Below the pieces are notes generated by a model that saw nothing but the letters and a program-made list of their open reading frames with translations, did not search any database and had not been told where the DNA came from. The position numbers and the translations under genes were made by a program. From the NCBI GenBank assembly GCA_963768855.1, contig CAVYJM010000006.1:864001-928000 (forward strand): a stretch of DNA of 64,000 nt, in the 5' to 3' direction. This document shows positions 19,124-28,340 of the stretch, one piece after another (positions within the stretch are counted from its first letter, which is position 1; each line of letters starts with the position of its first letter). The DNA comes from an uncultured Thermoplasmata archaeon (GTDB lineage: Archaea > Thermoplasmatota > Thermoplasmata > RBG-16-68-12).

Positions 19124-19403
19124 GGCAAGGAATTCAAGACGGTTGCCTTACTTAACGATGGCGAGGGGACTCCCGTAGCCAGGGCGGTTCGACCGTACCC
19201 CCTCGCACTCCTGGATCGGTTCTCGCACGCGGCAAGGAGTGGTGAAAGGATATACGCGACGCCCGCGTCACCATCAACACAAGCATCCCTTCACAACAGC
19301 CGCTCGGGCTTGTCAGCGGCGACTGCCTCTGCCGGTGGCCTCCACTATTTCTCACTGGTAACTAGGCCAGCAAGATTGTTCCAAATGGCGTGGACGAGTT
19401 CTC

Positions 19404-20393
19404 TTAGGCTCGGGCTTTCCGCACTTCCATGAGCTTCAGCAACTTCGTCCCATGATTGAGCAGTTCGGTGTAGGTGAGGATTTCCACGCGCGTCAGATGA
19501 CTCATCAGAAGTCTCCTTTCACGAGGATTGTCGGTCCGCTTGTTGCCGATGACGATAATAGCCTTCGGCTTGAACAGCCGCAATGAAGGACGCCGGTCGC
19601 ACTCGCTGAGGTATGTGAGAACTTGTCCCAGAGCCGTAGAGAGGGCGACGTTGAGTTTCGAGCGTCTTCTTGTTCTTCGGTCGAAAAGCGATTCGTCGGG
19701 ACCCTTGAGTTCGACAAGGTCCATGTAGCCATCCAGCCGTCGCAGCATGAAGTCAAACTCGAATTCCTTCGTATTGGGCGGGAATGCAACCTTACTCTCT
19801 AGGTCAACATACTCCAGTCCAAACAGCCAGAACGGCTTCTTCTCCTCGATGAAATGGTGGACAGTTGTCTCGTTGGCATCAGGGTCGTCTATCGCGGCTT
19901 GGAACTCGCGGAGTATCTTACGGTACGTCCCTACGTGGCGCTTCATGTCTCGGAGCCGTTGCTCCGCCCGGCGTCTCGCGGCCTTGTGATGCTTCTCGGC
20001 AGCGCGCGCTTCAAGCGCCTCGCCTTCAAGCCGCTCAATCTCCACATCGGGAACTCCTTCGTCGCCGAGGGTTGCTTCCAGCCGTACAAAGTCCGGGTCG
20101 GACAGCGAACTCTCCTCTTGGAAGTGCGCGTCTACGAGCGCGGATGCGCTCGCCCACTGCTCCGCTGACCGGATGTTGTAATTGCGGAATCTTTGCCAAT
20201 ATTTCGCGTTCGCCGCTTCCCTATCGACGCGCGCCCGCCACCGCACGAGTTGGACAAGCCGCTTCCCCGTCTCGTTCTCGGTAGCCACATCGACGGTGTA
20301 GAGCCACGCGCGGTTGGATGTGAGACCGGCCAGCGACCGGCTTACTACCTCATAACGTGGGCTCTCACGGAACTCGCGCTCGGCGTATCGCAT
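19404..20393 (-). CDS. sduA: Shedu-type (SduA/DUF4263) PD-(D/E)XK defence nuclease with an N-terminal extension
   Basis: NETTVHHFI, FDFML, DLVELK, LGQVLTY, AIIVIG, VEILTYTELL. Confidence 0.82.
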   Translation of the reverse strand: MRYAEREFRESPRYEVVSRSLAGLTSNRAWLYTVDVATENETGKRLVQLVRWRARVDREAANAKYWQRFRNYNIRSAEQWASASALVDAHFQEESSLSDPDFVRLEATLGDEGVPDVEIERLEGEALEARAAEKHHKAARRRAEQRLRDMKRHVGTYRKILREFQAAIDDPDANETTVHHFIEEKKPFWLFGLEYVDLESKVAFPPNTKEFEFDFMLRRLDGYMDLVELKGPDESLFDRRTRRRSKLNVALSTALGQVLTYLSECDRRPSLRLFKPKAIIVIGNKRTDNPRERRLLMSHLTRVEILTYTELLNHGTKLLKLMEVRKARA

Positions 20394-20399
20394 CCCAGA

Positions 20400-20579
20400 C
20401 TAACCCCCGCCATGCCCGGATAGCAGCGAGGCAAAGGAGATTATCTCGTCGAGCACTCCAGCCGCCCCAAAGAATAGGCTGACCAATGGGTCTGCGACTG
20501 TCACAACAAGCGCGACGTAGATGGATACAGCACCCAACGGGATGCTCACTATCTCGAATGACAAGCCGTCCCTACTCAC
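20400..20579 (-). CDS. 59-aa hydrophobic small protein directly upstream of the Shedu gene
   Basis: Manual translation GTG...TAG: (M)SRDGLSFEIVSIPLGAVSIYVALVVTVADPLVSLFFGAAGVLDEIISFASLLSGHGGG. Confidence 0.5.
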   Translation of the reverse strand: MSRDGLSFEIVSIPLGAVSIYVALVVTVADPLVSLFFGAAGVLDEIISFASLLSGHGGG

Positions 20580-20746
20580 GAGGAAGACGTTAGCCCTAGA
20601 CTACTTAAGACTTGCAGGGGGGTCCGCAATGCCCAGATGAAACGGAAAAATGGGCCGAGGCGGTGCCGCCCGCCTCAGGAATGGCCCTAGAATCGATTTC
20701 CAATATAGATTTCGCACGTTGACCGCTTGGGCGTGGATGTGGGCGG

Positions 20747-21535
20747 TCAGTCCTTCGCTTCCCCGACCGGTCTTCGTACCCTCCGCACTCGTGTTCTCCG
20801 TGTCGACCTTGACTGGCTCTCAACAAAGGAGAGGATGGCACCCGTCGCTATCGCGCCAACGCCTAGATAGACCCCAACGAAGGTGAGTGCGTACAGGGGA
20901 TACGCGGTTACCTGCACGCACAGCCCGTCAGCGCAGGTTGCCGGAGACGGAATCGGGATAAGGCCGGTCAGGGCAACTGCCCAGAGCACACCCCCCGCCA
21001 GTGTGACCTTCTTGGACAGAGAGTGGCCCAAATCAAGAGGCGGGCGCGGCTTTGCGTTCTGAAGCGGCTCCGGCCGCCCGAGAATCGGCCGGAGGATTCG
21101 ATAGAGATTCGTTGCATTCATGCCGACCAGACTTCCGACGACCCACGAGACTGGTACACCCTGAATGGTGATTGCGCCCGTTCCACCCGCGAACTCAAGG
21201 CTGGGAGGCGTCGTCATGAAGACGATGACCCAGTAGACCGCCACCCCAAAAGAGACCACAGACACGACATCGAACGAGGTTTGCAACGTTGGTCGCCGAC
21301 CCATCAGAACGAGCAGGGAGACGAAGAGCAACGCGGATACCAAGATGACATCGACTATGGGGGTAAGGTCGCTCCCCTGCGCCCAAAGTACTACCCCGAG
21401 GAGGATGCTGACCGTGGTGACCTTGACGGTCCATCCGCCCCACGGCATGACCCGGAATAGCGCACGGAACTCGAGCACGAGAATCGGTGCGAATGCCACG
21501 AGAAAGAGCCCCGCCGTCTGGAGTTGCGAGTCCAT
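20747..21535 (-). CDS. Polytopic membrane protein, unknown function
   Basis: About seven hydrophobic segments. Confidence 0.7.
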   Translation of the reverse strand: MDSQLQTAGLFLVAFAPILVLEFRALFRVMPWGGWTVKVTTVSILLGVVLWAQGSDLTPIVDVILVSALLFVSLLVLMGRRPTLQTSFDVVSVVSFGVAVYWVIVFMTTPPSLEFAGGTGAITIQGVPVSWVVGSLVGMNATNLYRILRPILGRPEPLQNAKPRPPLDLGHSLSKKVTLAGGVLWAVALTGLIPIPSPATCADGLCVQVTAYPLYALTFVGVYLGVGAIATGAILSFVESQSRSTRRTRVRRVRRPVGEAKD

Positions 21536-21689
21536 TCACTTCGCCTCAGAAGTAGAAGGGGTACCACCTCCATTAGCGAGACGGGGGAGATAGGCGAAAG
21601 TGGCATTCCTCACGTCTCCCTGCTCCATCGCCGAAGAAAGGCCGGAAGGGCTATCCTCCAGGTGACGGATGCGGCTGAGAGACCGCTCG

Positions 21690-22109
21690 ATGACAGGAAG
21701 CTCCCAGCCCCGCCGAGAAAGTCAACTGCGGAGGATTCTGGGAAGCCGATGGCTGATAGTCGCGGTCATCGTGATTGTAGTCATCGCAATTGTCATCGCA
21801 GGAGAAGTGCGGCCTGGACCCGTCTTCTCCCTTAGCGGTCTCGGTTACAAGCGGAACTGCTTCTACAACACGACCCAGGGCAACTACTCCTTCTGGAGTG
21901 TGTACTTCAACATTACGAATCGCGGTGCCAGTGCGTCCGCAGCGGTCGCCATCTCGGTGGACGAGACAGTGGTTTCCTACCAGCAGGTCTACGTCGCGTC
22001 GAGTGCGACGGCGCTTGTTCATGAAAACGTTACAGATTCGGCCATCTCCACCGACCCAGGTTGCCAGCAGAACAACGTCACGGTCGGTATTTGGGGATGG
22101 GTCTTCTAG
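21690..22109 (+). CDS. N-terminally anchored extracellular protein
   Basis: TM anchor; five N-x-S/T sequons; Cys pair. Confidence 0.65.
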   Translation: MTGSSQPRRESQLRRILGSRWLIVAVIVIVVIAIVIAGEVRPGPVFSLSGLGYKRNCFYNTTQGNYSFWSVYFNITNRGASASAAVAISVDETVVSYQQVYVASSATALVHENVTDSAISTDPGCQQNNVTVGIWGWVF

Positions 22110-22192
22110 CTAGTCTGCCTGAGCCCTTCGCCCCCGACTCGGCCGGAAGGGCTATGCCGGGACTGGTCGATGTAGGTGTTGGGAGTGGAGAG

Positions 22193-22705
22193 ATGCAACC
22201 GAATGTGTCGCCGTCACCGACGCCTGTGCCGACGCCTGAAACTAGAAGCCGTGGTTGGGGCTATTGGGTCGTCATCTTAGGCGGACTCGCCGTGGCCCTC
22301 GGGACGGTTGTTACGCAGCAGACCTCTTTTGACATCCTAAACTTGTCCGGCGCCCCGCCCAGCCTTCCGTTGGGGACCTATCAAGAATGGGCGATTCTCT
22401 CAGGCACCGGAACCTTGCTGTCTGCGGTAGGCTTTCTGTTGGTCTTCGTCGGGGCCTCCGTGGCGTTCCGGGGTTCACGGTCGGTTCCGGTTGGACCGAC
22501 CCGCCGGACGTTCGTGACCCTCCTTCTCGGCGGTTCGCTCGTAGCTGTTGGGCTCGTGGCATTGAGCGTGCTCGGGTTCTACTCCTACACGCCGTTCCCT
22601 CCCGGTCTCACCGTGTACTATTCCATCGACCTAGGTGGACGGATTGTCGAAGCCGTCGGGTTCTTCGTCGCGTTTGTCGGGGTCGCCGGCGCTCTTCGCC
22701 GTTGA
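22193..22705 (+). CDS. Four-TM membrane protein, unknown function
   Basis: Four hydrophobic helices after a Pro/Thr-rich N-terminus. Confidence 0.65.
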   Translation: MQPNVSPSPTPVPTPETRSRGWGYWVVILGGLAVALGTVVTQQTSFDILNLSGAPPSLPLGTYQEWAILSGTGTLLSAVGFLLVFVGASVAFRGSRSVPVGPTRRTFVTLLLGGSLVAVGLVALSVLGFYSYTPFPPGLTVYYSIDLGGRIVEAVGFFVAFVGVAGALRR

Positions 22706-22913
22706 CCTCGGAAAGGGAGAGTGCCCCCGCCTCGTCGCCCCCGAGCGGCCGGAAAACGGAAAGGGAGGGCGGTACGACCGCCCTCGTGGGTGGGGACGAG
22801 GCAGCGTCGAAGAAAGTAGAGCGTTGTCAACAAACCGCTATCCGGCCCATCGTTCCGCTAAAGCGACAACATTCAATCCGAGTTGATTTAGGCTTTCCTA
22901 CTCCATAGGGGTA

Positions 22914-22988
22914 CGGACCCGGTGGGATTCGAACCCACGAGAGCCGGATTAGAAATCCGGAGCCCTATCCGTGCTAGGCGACGGGTCC
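22914..22988 (-). tRNA. tRNA-Arg(TCT)
   Basis: Acceptor GGACCCG/CGGGTCC, anticodon arm CCGGA-TTTCTAA-TCCGG, T arm GTGGG-TTCGAAT-CCCAC; TATA-like box ~25 nt upstream. Confidence 0.97.
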
Positions 22989-23125
22989 GTAACGCGGGAC
23001 GGTCGGGGTCTCATAAGTATCCATCGTCGTCGTGCGTCACCGGTGTCCCGGAGGCCATGCGCCTCCCCACCTGGGAAGTCTCCACGATACGACCCGTTTC
23101 TTTAAGATGTGCTCGAAGCCTGCCG

Positions 23126-23249
23126 TTGGCTGAGGGGCGAGCCCTGAGGCCGAGGCGATGAAGGCCCAGCCAAGGAACATCGCGAACGCCCGGCGCGAAC
23201 CGCGCCTCGGGCGCCGGGTGCGAAAGCCCGCTCGCCCCACACCCAGCCA
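23126..23249 (+). ncRNA. Candidate structured RNA leader of the formate dehydrogenase operon
   Basis: Several 6-9 bp stems with alternative pairings; begins ~22-25 nt after TTTAAG (23101-23106). Confidence 0.5.
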
Positions 23250-23295
23250 GGTCCCGGACCAGATTCGCATCACTTCCGTCGCCGGCGGGGCGGTG

Positions 23296-24907
23296 ATGGG
23301 GCGGGGCTCCCAGCTCCGTCCGCCCAGGAGACTCTCCTCGCCGCGATCGCGGAGGCCGTCGAGAAGGAAGCGCTCACCGAGGAACGGATGGCGGAGTCTC
23401 GCCCGCGCGCACCGCGCGCCTCTTGTCCACCGTACTGAGCCTCTACACGTTTACTTCCCCCCGGACAGCTGGAAGACGGTGAAGCGTCTGCAACGGCCTT
23501 CCGTGCGCCCTTCGGGCCGACGGGGCTATCCATGGGCAATTCGGCGCCACCGAGTCCGACGTGGGCACCGCGTCCTGCCTCGGGTACTGCGCGAGCGCGC
23601 CGGTGGCCTGGAAGGAGGGCCGTTACTACACCACCGCGTCCGGTCGTCCCAAGGAGATTCAGGAGAGCACTGCGGCGTGGGTCGATGCACACACGCAGGG
23701 ATTGCGGGCCTATCGAACCACCGGCGGGTACACGGCCTTCAAACGGGTGCTCGACGCGAAGGACCGGGACTCCCTCCTGGGCGTGATTGAGACTGCCGTC
23801 CTACGGGGGATGGGCGGTGCCGGGTTCCCCGTGTACCTCAAGTGGAAGGCGGTGATGGGCAGCACCCGGACGGATCGCGTCGTTGTCGTGAACGCGCACG
23901 AGGGGGAGCCCGGGACGTTCAAGGACCGGCTCATCCTGGAGAGGGAACCTCACCGGCTCGTCGAGGGGGTCCTCATCGCCGCGTCCGTCGTCGGAGCGGC
24001 GGTCGTGGTCATCGCTCTCAAGGCGGAATACGCGAACGCCCGCCGCGTGCTGGAGCGCAGCCTCCGCGAGCTCGCGCAGGCCGCCGGAGACATGGGCTTC
24101 GAAGGGCGGCTCCCTAACCTGGAGCTCCGCTCGCTCGTCGGATCCTACGTCACAGGCGAGGAGACCGCGCTTCTTGAGGCCCTCGAAGGGCGGCGGAGCG
24201 AGCCCCGCTCGCGCCCTCCATTCCCCGCCGAGGCCGGCCTGTACGGGAGGCCGACGCTTGTGCAGAACGTGGAGACGCTTGCCGCGATCCCTCCCTTGCT
24301 CCTGCCTTCGTCCGACGAGGCGGATCGGCAAAAGATCGCGAAGTTCTTCTGCCTGACCGGCGACGTGCGCACGCCCGGAGCCTACCGTGAACCCCTTGGC
24401 ATCCGGGCGGACTCACTGGTCGAGAAGGATGGAGGGTCTTCCGCCGGGGAACTGAAGGCCTTCTTCCCCGGCGGGCTGTCCGGCGGCCTCCTCCCCACGT
24501 CCAAGCTGGACGTGGAGCTGAACTTCGAGGCGGTCCGGAAGCACGGCTGCGGTCTGGGCACCGGCGCGGTCGTGGCGATCAGGGACGGACCGGTGCATCG
24601 TGGACGTCCTCTCGACCGCTCGGCGAGTTCTTCCGGTCGGAGTCGTGCGGGAAGTGCGTCCCCTGCCGGCTCGGGACCACCCAGCTCTCCGCGCTCTATG
24701 GGTCGCCTGCGCGACGGGACGGCGACGGAGGCGGACCTGCAGGAAGGCGGAGCCGTCGCGAGGCTCATGCAGGAGACCTCCCTCTGCGCCCTCGGCCAGG
24801 TGGCGGGCAAGCCCTTCCTCGATGCGATGAGCGGCCTGCGGGACGAGATGCTCGCCCACGCCCGCGGTGAGTGTCCCGCGCACGTTGGTCGTCACGGCGG
24901 TGGTTGA
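23296..24907 (+). CDS. nuoF: NuoE-NuoF-like fused diaphorase subunit (FdsG/FdsB-like), multiple frameshifts
   Basis: VCNGLPC...CLGYC [2Fe-2S]; LRGMGGAGFP, EGEPGTFKDR, YVTGEETAL, NVETLA; ESCGKCVPCRLG (shifted frame); SLCALG. Confidence 0.85.
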
Positions 24908-24908
24908 T

Positions 24909-27602
24909 GTGTCCGCCCGCCTCACCCTGAACGGCGCCGAGCTGACGGTGGACGGGACTCCGACGATCTTGGAGATCGCGAGGGCGCAGGGTGCGGACAT
25001 CCCGACGCTGTGCGAGCTACGACGGTCGCGCGAACGGGGTGTGCCGGCTCTGCATGGTGGAGCTCGAGGGGAGCGGCCGCGTCGTCCCCGCCTGTTCGAC
25101 GCCCGTGCGGGATGGAATGTCCATCCGAACCGATTCGCCGCACCTCCGGGAGATGCGTCGAGGCCTCGTCTCCCTCCTCCTGGCCGAGCATGCCCACCAC
25201 GCAGGGAGCCATCGCTGCTCCCTAGAGCGGCTTGCGGGCGATCTGGGGGTCCGTTCGAACGGATGTAACGGTGGAACCGTCACCGCGGACGTCTCGCATC
25301 CCGCAATCCGGTTCGACGCTTCACTCTGCATCTTGTGCCGGCGGTGCCTCCTCGCCTGCGACGAGGACCAGCTGAACGAGGTCATCGCGCTCGCGGGGCG
25401 AGGCCATGAGACCCGGGTTGCGTTCGACCTCGGCGCCCCGCTCGGCGAGTCCACCTGCGCGAGCTGCGGCGCATGCGTCGACGTCTGCCCGACGGGCGCC
25501 CTCCAGGAGATCGGGTGGCAGCCCGCCGACCGCACGGTGGTCACGACCTGCCCGTACTGCGCGGTCGGCTGCCGCGTCGAGTACGGCCTCGCCGGCGACA
25601 CGGTCGTGTGGGCGAGGGGTGCGAAGGACGGCGTGAACCGCGGCAAGCTCTGCGTCAAGGGCAAGTTCGCGTTCCAGCACGAGGCGAGCCGGGACCGGCT
25701 CCTCACGCCGTTGGTCCGCAAGGAGGGCGTCTCGCGCGGTCCGCTCGGGGATCGGGATCCGCGGGACGTGTTCCGGACGGCGACCTGGGAGGAGGCGCTC
25801 GACCTTGTGGCGGAGAGGATCCGGAGGACGCGCGACGACCATGGGCCCGAGGCCATCGGCGGCATCGCGAGCGACCGGTCGACGAACGAGGACATCTTCG
25901 CCTTCCAGAAGTTCATGCGGGTCGCCGTCGGCACGGACAACGTCGACCAGAGCGCCACCCTGTGCCACTCCCCCTCCGCCGCGATGCTCTCCTGGGCGCT
26001 GGGGGCCGGCGCCGCGACGAACCCCATCGCGGACCTCGAGAACGCGAGGACGATCCTCCTCGTCGGCTCGAGCACGGAGGCGGCGCACCCCGTCCTGGCC
26101 GGGCGGATCAAGAGAGCCGCGAAGGACGGCGCGCACCTCCTCCTCGTGGACCCGCGGACGCTCGGGATGTCCCGGTTCGCGGAGCTCAACCTGAACCTGC
26201 GGCCCGGGACCGACGTCGCGCTCTTCTCCGCGATGGCGAGGTACATCCTCGACCAGGGCTGGGAGGATCGGCCCTTCATCGAGGCACGGACGGAGGGCTT
26301 CGAGGCATGGAGGAACAGCCTCGGGCCCTTCACGATCGAATTCGCCGTCAAGGTCACGGGCCTGTCCGCGGAGACGATCCGGACGGCGGCGAGGGTGTAC
26401 GCCACGCAGACGCCCTCCGTGATCCTGTGGACGCTCGGGATCACCGAGCACGCGAATGGCTCCGACAACGTCTCCTCGCTCGTCAACCTCGCCTTGCTCA
26501 CGGGAAACGTGGGCAAACCGGGGTCGGGCCTGAACCCGATCCGGGGCCAGAACAACGTGCAGGGAGGCGCGGACATGGGGAGCACCCCCGGCTCTCTCCC
26601 CGGGTATCAGGACCTCTTCGATCCCGCAATTAGGGCGCGGTTCGAAAGCAAGTGGGATGCGAAGCTGCCGGAGACGAAGGGCTGGAAGAGCACGGAGATG
26701 ATCCAGCTCGCCCGCGGCGGCGTCCTCCGTCTCCTGTACATCTCCGGGGAGAACTCGGTCCGGTCGCATCCCGACTCCCAGAGCGTCGCCGAGGCATTCC
26801 AGAAGCTTGACTTCCTCGTCGTCCAGGACCTCTTCCTCACGGAAACCGCCGAGTTCGCCGACGTCGTCCTCCCCGCGGCCTCTTCGTTCGAGAAGGCGGG
26901 GACCTTCACGAACACGGAGCGCCGGGTCCAGCCCGTCCGCCCGCTTTCCCATCCCACGGGGCAGGCGAGCCGACTGGGAGGTCTACACGGCATTGGCCGC
27001 GAAGCTCGGGTGCCCGATGGATTACGAGGACAGCGATGAGATCTTGGAGGAGATCTCCGGGCTGGTTCCGTCGTACGCGGGCGTCTCCCACTCCTCGCTC
27101 GCGCGCGGCGGCGTCCAGTGGCCCGTCGCGGCAGGGTCGAGCGAGGGTACGCCCATCCTTCACGTGGGCGCAGTTTTCTCGGGGCAAGGGACGGTTCAGA
27201 CCCCTCGAATGGAGAGACCGTACAACGCTCGAGGAGGGCGATTTCCCTTATGCGCTCATCACGGGACGGCAGAGGGAACAGTATCACACGGGAACGATGA
27301 CGCGTCGCTCGCCGGTGGTGAACGCGATCACACGAGGCCCCGAGATCGAGATGAACGGGGAGGACATGGAGAGGGAGGGCCTCGTGGACGGTGCCCGCGT
27401 GACGGCTCGTCTCGAGGCAAGGCTCGGTGGAGGCGAAGGTCCGCGCGAGCCCGACCCTGCCACGCGGCGTCCTCTTCACCACGTTCCACTACGCGGAGCT
27501 CCCCGTCAACGTGCTGACGCCCCCGACCCTGGACCCGACAGACGCGCACCCCCGCGTACAAGGATACGGGTGAGGGTCCGGCTCGGAGGCACGGCCCGAT
27601 GA
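24909..27602 (+). CDS. fdhF: Formate dehydrogenase alpha subunit (FdsA/FdhF type, Cys ligand), multiple frameshifts
   Basis: CRLCMVE, CILCRRC, CASCGACVDVCPTG, CPYCAVGC, KLCVKG, ATLCHSPS, RGQNNVQG, VVQDLFLTETA, GTFTNTERR. Confidence 0.92.
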
Positions 27603-27623
27603 CCCAACGGAGGTCGGACCTGA

Positions 27624-28230
27624 TTGGCGACGGACACGGGACTCATCCTGGCCGGTGCGGAGTCATCGCGCTTCGGCTCCTGGAAAGCAGGCCTCGCGCG
27701 GTTCCGGGGACGGCCCATGGTGCGATGGGTCGCGGATGTCGCTGTTATCCGTGTCCGACGAGCTCCTCGTGTCCGCGCGGTCCCGCGAGCAGGCGGCACG
27801 CCTCCGGGACGTCCTCCCCGAGGCTCGCGCGGTCCCCGACGATCGCCATGACCGTGGCCCCATCGAGGGCTTCGCCCGGGGGTTCGAGGCGGCCCGCGGA
27901 GACATCGTCCTCGTGGCGCCCTGCGACGCACCGCTCCTGGGGCCCGCGCTGTACCGTCTCCTCCTCGAGGTCCTGGAGTCCCACGAGGCAGCCGTGCCCC
28001 GTCTCGGTGCCATCGACCCCCTCCGGGCCGTGTACCGCACGGGCGCGGCCCGGCGCGGCATGGCGGAGCGGGCCCCGAGGTGCCCCGCGTCCCTGGTCGA
28101 CGCGCTCCGGCCGATCCTCGTCGAAGCGGACGAGCTCCGAGAAGCGGACCCCAGCCTTGTCGTCGTTCCTCGACGCGAATCGCGTGGAGGACCTCCGCCG
28201 GGCGGTTCGGGCGTCCGTCGCGTGGGAGGC
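27624..28230 (+). CDS. mobA: Molybdenum cofactor guanylyltransferase, frameshifted; end approximate
   Basis: GLILAGAESSRFGSWKA, GPIEG, VAPCDAP, PLRAVY, FLDAN across frames. Confidence 0.8.
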
Positions 28231-28340
28231 CAAGGGGTCCGGACGGGGGGTCAAAACCCCTACGGGGGCCTCCCCTACATACTGTCGCAACGGAGCCCTA
28301 TTGACCCCTCTTCCGGATGGGGCTTCCGAGGAGCCACAGA

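Larger units (their letters stand above)
15966..22913. mobile_element. Putative degenerate genomic island integrated at the tRNA-Arg 3' end (no integrase seen)
   Basis: att-like repeat at one end and the tRNA at the other; visibly more AT-rich; defence and orphan membrane-protein cargo. Confidence 0.55.

Noticed and set aside
20636-20645. GATGAAACGG resembling an RNase P RNA element
   Set aside because: The other universal RNase P motifs are absent
23126-23249. Assignment of the structured leader to 5S rRNA, SRP RNA, TPP, FMN, fluoride, Moco or hammerhead families
   Set aside because: Hallmark conserved nucleotides of each were not found by eye; left as an unassigned candidate
25960-25975. 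Selenocysteine in the formate dehydrogenase active site
   Set aside because: The codon is TGC (Cys) in ATLCHSPS
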